A DNA stretch of 64,000 bases from Spirochaetia bacterium. GTDB taxonomy: Bacteria > Spirochaetota > Spirochaetia > SZUA-6 > Bin103. Of the stretch, positions 62,401 through 64,000 are shown piece by piece. The stretch covers positions 3,584,001 to 3,648,000 of the forward strand of contig OZ241907.1 of assembly GCA_965203515.1 (NCBI GenBank). The letters are read 5' to 3'. A program made the translations under genes and the position numbers. Each line of letters starts with the position of its first letter. Position 1 is the stretch's first letter. The notes under the pieces were generated by a model, which had not been told where the DNA came from, searched no databases, and saw nothing but the letters and a program-made list of their open reading frames with translations.

Positions 62401-64000
62401 CACGGCGGAGCTCACCTTCGACATCGAGGTGTACGCCGACCTGTTGCCGAGCTTCGGCGACGCGACGCTCGCCGACCGGACGTGGACGCAGCGCCAGGCG
62501 ATCACCGCCTTCACCCTGCCGGCGGCCACCGGCGGCGACGGCGACCTGACCTATGCGCTGACGCCCGACCTGCCGGCCGGCGTGGTCCGCAACGCCGCGA
62601 CGCGCGAAGTTTCCGGGACGCCCAGCGCGGCGCTGGCCGCGACCACCTACACCTGGGCGGCGACGGACGCGGACGGCGACCAGGTGGAGCTGACGTTCAC
62701 CGCGGCCGTGGACGGCATCCCCACCTTCGGCGACGCGACCATCGCCGACGTGACGTGGACGAAGGGCAAGGCGATCGATGCCTTCACCCTGCCGGAGGCG
62801 GCGGGCGGCGACGGCCGGCTGACCTATACGCTGGCGCCCGATCCGCCCGGGGGCGTGGTCCGCGACACGACGACGCGCGAGGTTTCGGGCACGCCGACCG
62901 GGGGGCTGGCGCGGTCCGGGTTCCGGTGGAGAGTCCGGGACGAGGACGGGGACGAGGCGGTCCTCGAGTTCCACGTCACCATCGTCATACCGCCCGCGGT
63001 GACGCTGGCCCTCTCCGCCTCGACCATCGACGAGAGCGGGACCGCAAACACGGCGACGGTGACCGCGGCGCTCGACAAGGCGTCGAGCGCGGACACGACG
63101 GTGACGGTCGCCGCGGCCGCCGGGGCGAACGCCGCGGCCGGCGACTTCACGCTGAGTACGGCGAAGACGCTGACCATCGCCGCCGGGGCGACCACCAGCA
63201 CCGGGACGGTGACCATCGCCGCGGTCGACAATGCCAAGGACGAACACGACAAGAGCGTCATCGTCTCCGGGAGCGCGGCCAACGACGATCTGGTGACCGG
63301 CCCGGCGAACCTGACCTTGACGATCACCGACGACGACGCTGCGCCGACGGTGTCGATCTCCGCGGCGAGCGTGACCGAGGGGCCGGCGGGTTCGACCGCG
63401 ACGTTGGCGTTCCCGGTGAGTTTGAGCGCGGCGAGCGGCAAGCAGGTGACGGTCTCCTACGAAGAAGGAACCGGCGGCACCGCGACCGCGGGCACCGACT
63501 ACACGGCGTTGTCTCCCGGCTCCCTGACCATCGCCGCGGGGGAGACGAGCGGGACCATCGACGTATCGGTGACGGGCGACGGGGATGCCGAGCCGGACGA
63601 GACGGTGAAGGTGGTCCTGACCGGCTCGGTCAACGCCGCGCTGGGGACGGCGACGGGGACCGGCACGATCGTCGACGACGATCCTTCGGCGACGTCGGCG
63701 CTGGTGCTCACGCCTTCGACCATCGACGAGAGCGGGGCCGGCAACGAGGCGAGGGTGACGGCGACGTTGTCTCAGGCGGTGAACGGGGCGACGACGGTGA
63801 CGGTCTCGGCGGCGGCGGGAACCAACGCCGAGGCGGGCGACTTCACGTTGAGCACGGCGAAGACGCTGACCATCGCGGCGGGCGCGACCACCAGCACCGG
63901 GGCGGTGACGATCACGGCGGAGGACAACGCGGACGCCGAGCTCGACAAGTCGGTTACCGTTTCGGGAACCGTGGACAACGGCAACGTGAGCGCCCCGGAC
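53450..64000 (+). CDS. giant secreted modular adhesin (>3500 aa; putative Ig/He_PIG, DxDxDG Ig-like and Calx-beta repeats), 3'-truncated
   Basis: ATG 53450, signal peptide MKRRVTG...SALPAAG/Q. The same frame still reads SGTVDNGNVSAPD at the window end. Absent from the track, apparently because no stop lies in the window. Confidence 0.9.
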   Translation, partial: MKRRVTGTTDGTLLAMGVAVLALLSSALPAAGQTGPPAVTGTAPSFGTATVESRLYDTGTAITPIVLPEATGGDGTVSYTLAPAKLPRGLTWTASTRTIAGTPAAVTAAATYTWTATDADGDTATLTFSMRVWAPAGPAIDRVELLVPAVNQVPIHNYRSGQTIHLLVRYPEKMAVTGTPQLTLVIGDKQRKAGYDATRTAGLRRLQADATYDRLFFAYTVRPDDFDGDGIAVPADALSLNGGTIRAADDAADAKLSLGTHAIASGDATSVKMRVRDTAPSFSGAASAANRSLAKDAATATTLPLATGGDGALTYRISPALPRGLSLASASPKITGTPTVAGATTHTLTATDADGDRAALGPFTVTVVDGAPAVSGVAIVSKPYANATYGLGEVIRAAVSFDRNLTWTNISRSRLSLDVGGNTREARYQRFLGNALFYEYTVQAADRDADGIGIGTDALALNGATITDSATGVPAVTVLGTHAVANAAAHKVDGSVATPLAVKSVRIESSPASSDGYDVGEVIKARVTFSRPVRINGSPRLALTIGANTRQAAAGPYSGPATQLYWDSMLFSYTVTAQDRDSNGIGIGASALTLNGATIRDAGGATPSLGLGTRAIADDSAHKVHTPPRIAGVSIISGPGANGTYDAGETITVEFSWSEQVIFGGGNGGEPQVALTIGANTRRVHRDQAAVSRGHWYRYSYTVTASDQDLDGISVGANALTLPAGVRLYALNDNERADLSLGTHAITNDSGHTVRDSQPSFAAAAARRYLLNAAVSDQLPAAAGGDGTVAYTLTGPGAATSLSLPDGLVWSAATRTISGTPTAAAAAASYTLTATDGDSDSAAYVFALSVTSDPVVSGVRITSSPASGGAYRAGETITAEVTFDQTLTVTGTPRLAIAVGAATRQASGSHTAGESRISFSYTAATDDKDTDGISIAAGALTLNGATIRNAKGEDARLGLGAHAVAAQTGHKVSAPPRVTGVRLLTTNLRCCWGVRPAGWEDSRQTDENLYPPSLVLAAVTFDQVVTVTGAPNVALTIGANTRQATWNAFLSRLLHPTANPHGAEDINVIAFYYELQASDFDGDGIGAAANALTLNGGTIRDAEGEDAALGLGSHAIANEARLRVADTAPSFAAAEDRRYLLNLRANDRLPAATGDGALTYALTGPGAATTLSLPRGLSWNAAARTISGTPTSAAAAAAYVLTATDADGDTGTLVFAISVVTDPVVSGVSVTSSPAVGDAYAAGETITVDVTFDQPVTVTGAPELALTIGSKLRQATVSPAANGRAVSFSYPVATDDRDTDGISITGSALTIAGATIRNAKGENARLGLGGHAVVGAAGHKVSTPPRVAQVNLYTTDLKCCWSTHDAGWADPRQTERNRFAPAVVWAAVTFDQALVRAGTGRPSLALTIGGATRQAAFDRYLSRQTARMLGKSNSQVLAFFYTLQPSDFDGDGIGVAAGALTLPAGTTLRDAQGEAAVLGLGTHAIANDPNYRVADTSPSFGTAAVRPQHWVVGTAASLTLPAAAGDGAVSHALTPAQRPSWLKFDAATRVLSGTPPAAAAAAARTGYTWTATDVDGDSTALTFTLTVAAANAPKVAEVKFLSSPAAHAMYAPGSAIEAGVKFDKPVSVRGTPTLALDVGGAARQANYTALRNGYLVFSYTVRQADYDTDGVSIGAGALAAPARGGIFDKANAAVAALGLGSHAIANASGHKVGSPPRVTGVSIHSTPPQAGTYTRGSTVTVQVDFDQTVTVTGTPQLALTIGGATRQASAMAESGAGVSRSRVRFSYTVAAADADTDGLGVAAAALTLNGGAIRDLDGQDAVPGLGSHARTAFANAKVDGSRTGLWPDFGSAASPALSLIAGTTATHALPTAAGGDTPLRYTVSPGLPAGLSVNASTAVLSGAPRTESPQTDYTLTATDANGDAATLAFTLKVLGSRPVVSGVSIASTPLAGDTYGASEVILVDVTFERTGTGAMTVRGAPRLAIAVGAAARQASFLSVSGATLRFRYTAQAEDRDTDGIAVAADALALNGGLIRDAASNNAILGLGRHALAAAPAHKVDGSAGRAPAVAGVRMISAPASGFVYTLGETIEVAVRFDQAVGVSGTPNLALTLGSATARAAWNRAGASPTTHIFRHVVQAADRDADGLSIGASALALGGGTIRNVRGRDAALGLGSHALGNQRAHKVDGSKNPAPLVTGVSLRSFQRDGWYDHGEVVEARVTFNKAVTVTGSPQLAIAIGATTRQASLHAASGARVDFRYTVQDGDHDTDGLSIGAGALALNGGTIRNNGVDAALGLGSHALGSQAAHKVDGRMAKVTGVTIETTPAGSAGYGAGEEIRVRVDFDLALGNYQGSRLALTIGDDTRQATFAYARRDHGLPVGNRNRLYYTYTVRTTDRDADGLSIAANALSGTIRRRDGNPARMDLGSHARGAQAAHKVTGAVVTPRVTSISINGPLNGVTFGLGEKIMVTLEFNAPVAASRGAHLALTVGNATHRLNALGVGNRIYKSNYGFRYVVRASDRDADGIGIAADGLTLPQGGTLRSAVGVDAALGLPAAPVRIVDGSHNPPAKGTPVLAGRARHDTFRAGESFDVVVFWSKPVTITGTPTLAMQVGSVTRRLRLVSGGGTQAVFRYTVRHDDRDPDGVSIAADALRLEGASITGPGGKAAELRLTKSIVNDASFKIGSAARPTPTFGAAVVPARDWTVGVPVNFTLPPATDGSGTLRYTLLGPSGMPGQYRPAYLWLPPGLRYTAPANHTLSGGTISGTISGHTPTDDDMNGHTWRLTATDADADTATLDFLARIVPDRTPSFGDAAIDDQTWIENAAITAFDLPEATGGNGDLTYTLAPALPGGVSRAGRRVSGAPGAAMARTQYTWTATDADGDQAALTFHVTVAADRAPSFGEATISDLSWLQGSPITEVTLPEATGGNAPLTYGIATPGSTQVGTQGLPQGIELDGRVLKGTPTEVQESSDVDYAWLVVDADGDTAELTFDIEVYADLLPSFGDATLADRTWTQRQAITAFTLPAATGGDGDLTYALTPDLPAGVVRNAATREVSGTPSAALAATTYTWAATDADGDQVELTFTAAVDGIPTFGDATIADVTWTKGKAIDAFTLPEAAGGDGRLTYTLAPDPPGGVVRDTTTREVSGTPTGGLARSGFRWRVRDEDGDEAVLEFHVTIVIPPAVTLALSASTIDESGTANTATVTAALDKASSADTTVTVAAAAGANAAAGDFTLSTAKTLTIAAGATTSTGTVTIAAVDNAKDEHDKSVIVSGSAANDDLVTGPANLTLTITDDDAAPTVSISAASVTEGPAGSTATLAFPVSLSAASGKQVTVSYEEGTGGTATAGTDYTALSPGSLTIAAGETSGTIDVSVTGDGDAEPDETVKVVLTGSVNAALGTATGTGTIVDDDPSATSALVLTPSTIDESGAGNEARVTATLSQAVNGATTVTVSAAAGTNAEAGDFTLSTAKTLTIAAGATTSTGAVTITAEDNADAELDKSVTVSGTVDNGNVSAPD

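Noticed and set aside
53417..63247. 3276-aa minus-strand ORF
   Set aside because: Antisense shadow of the giant plus-strand adhesin; Arg/Gly-rich with no motifs.
53450..64000. Diversity-generating retroelement behind the variable adhesin loops
   Set aside because: No reverse transcriptase, and no TR/VR pair differing only at adenines, was seen.

Overview
High-GC bacterial chromosome window. It is most likely from a Spirochaetota member (inferred from the spirochaete-style FlgM, Lgt, STAS-Zn-ribbon/CesT/PspA trio and the small lspA-linked membrane protein). Its surface proteins (LRR/FN3/Calx-beta, giant Ig-repeat adhesin) are of the kind typical of sponge or other host-associated symbionts. 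Layout: (1) 1-21.5 kb housekeeping genes: psp region, HTH-less sigma54 activator, rsmE, ctpA, lgt, two tRNAs, PPi-type pfk, hisA, aroK, a folB-folP fusion/folK/SDR folate operon, mdh, fumC. (2) 21.5-33.4 kb accessory hotspot between fumC and sdhCAB: a poly-C-containing LRR autotransporter-like gene, duplicated HNH/Rpn modules, a decayed IS3, and a 2-kb low-GC promoterless three-gene cassette (TIGR04255 + HEAT-like + putative ART-fold protein) inserted into the sdhB 3' end with a 33/34-bp duplication. That cassette is the best candidate for an undescribed system. (3) 33.4-51.9 kb respiratory/Fe-S cluster: sdhCAB, HCF101-like Mrp, ferredoxins, FNR, and a Rieske/split cytochrome b/octaheme cytochrome c complex. 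(4) From 52 kb, an rpn remnant, a LysR regulator and a divergent giant (>3500 aa) modular adhesin that runs off the window and is missing from the ORF track. All family assignments come from motif recognition, not database searches.
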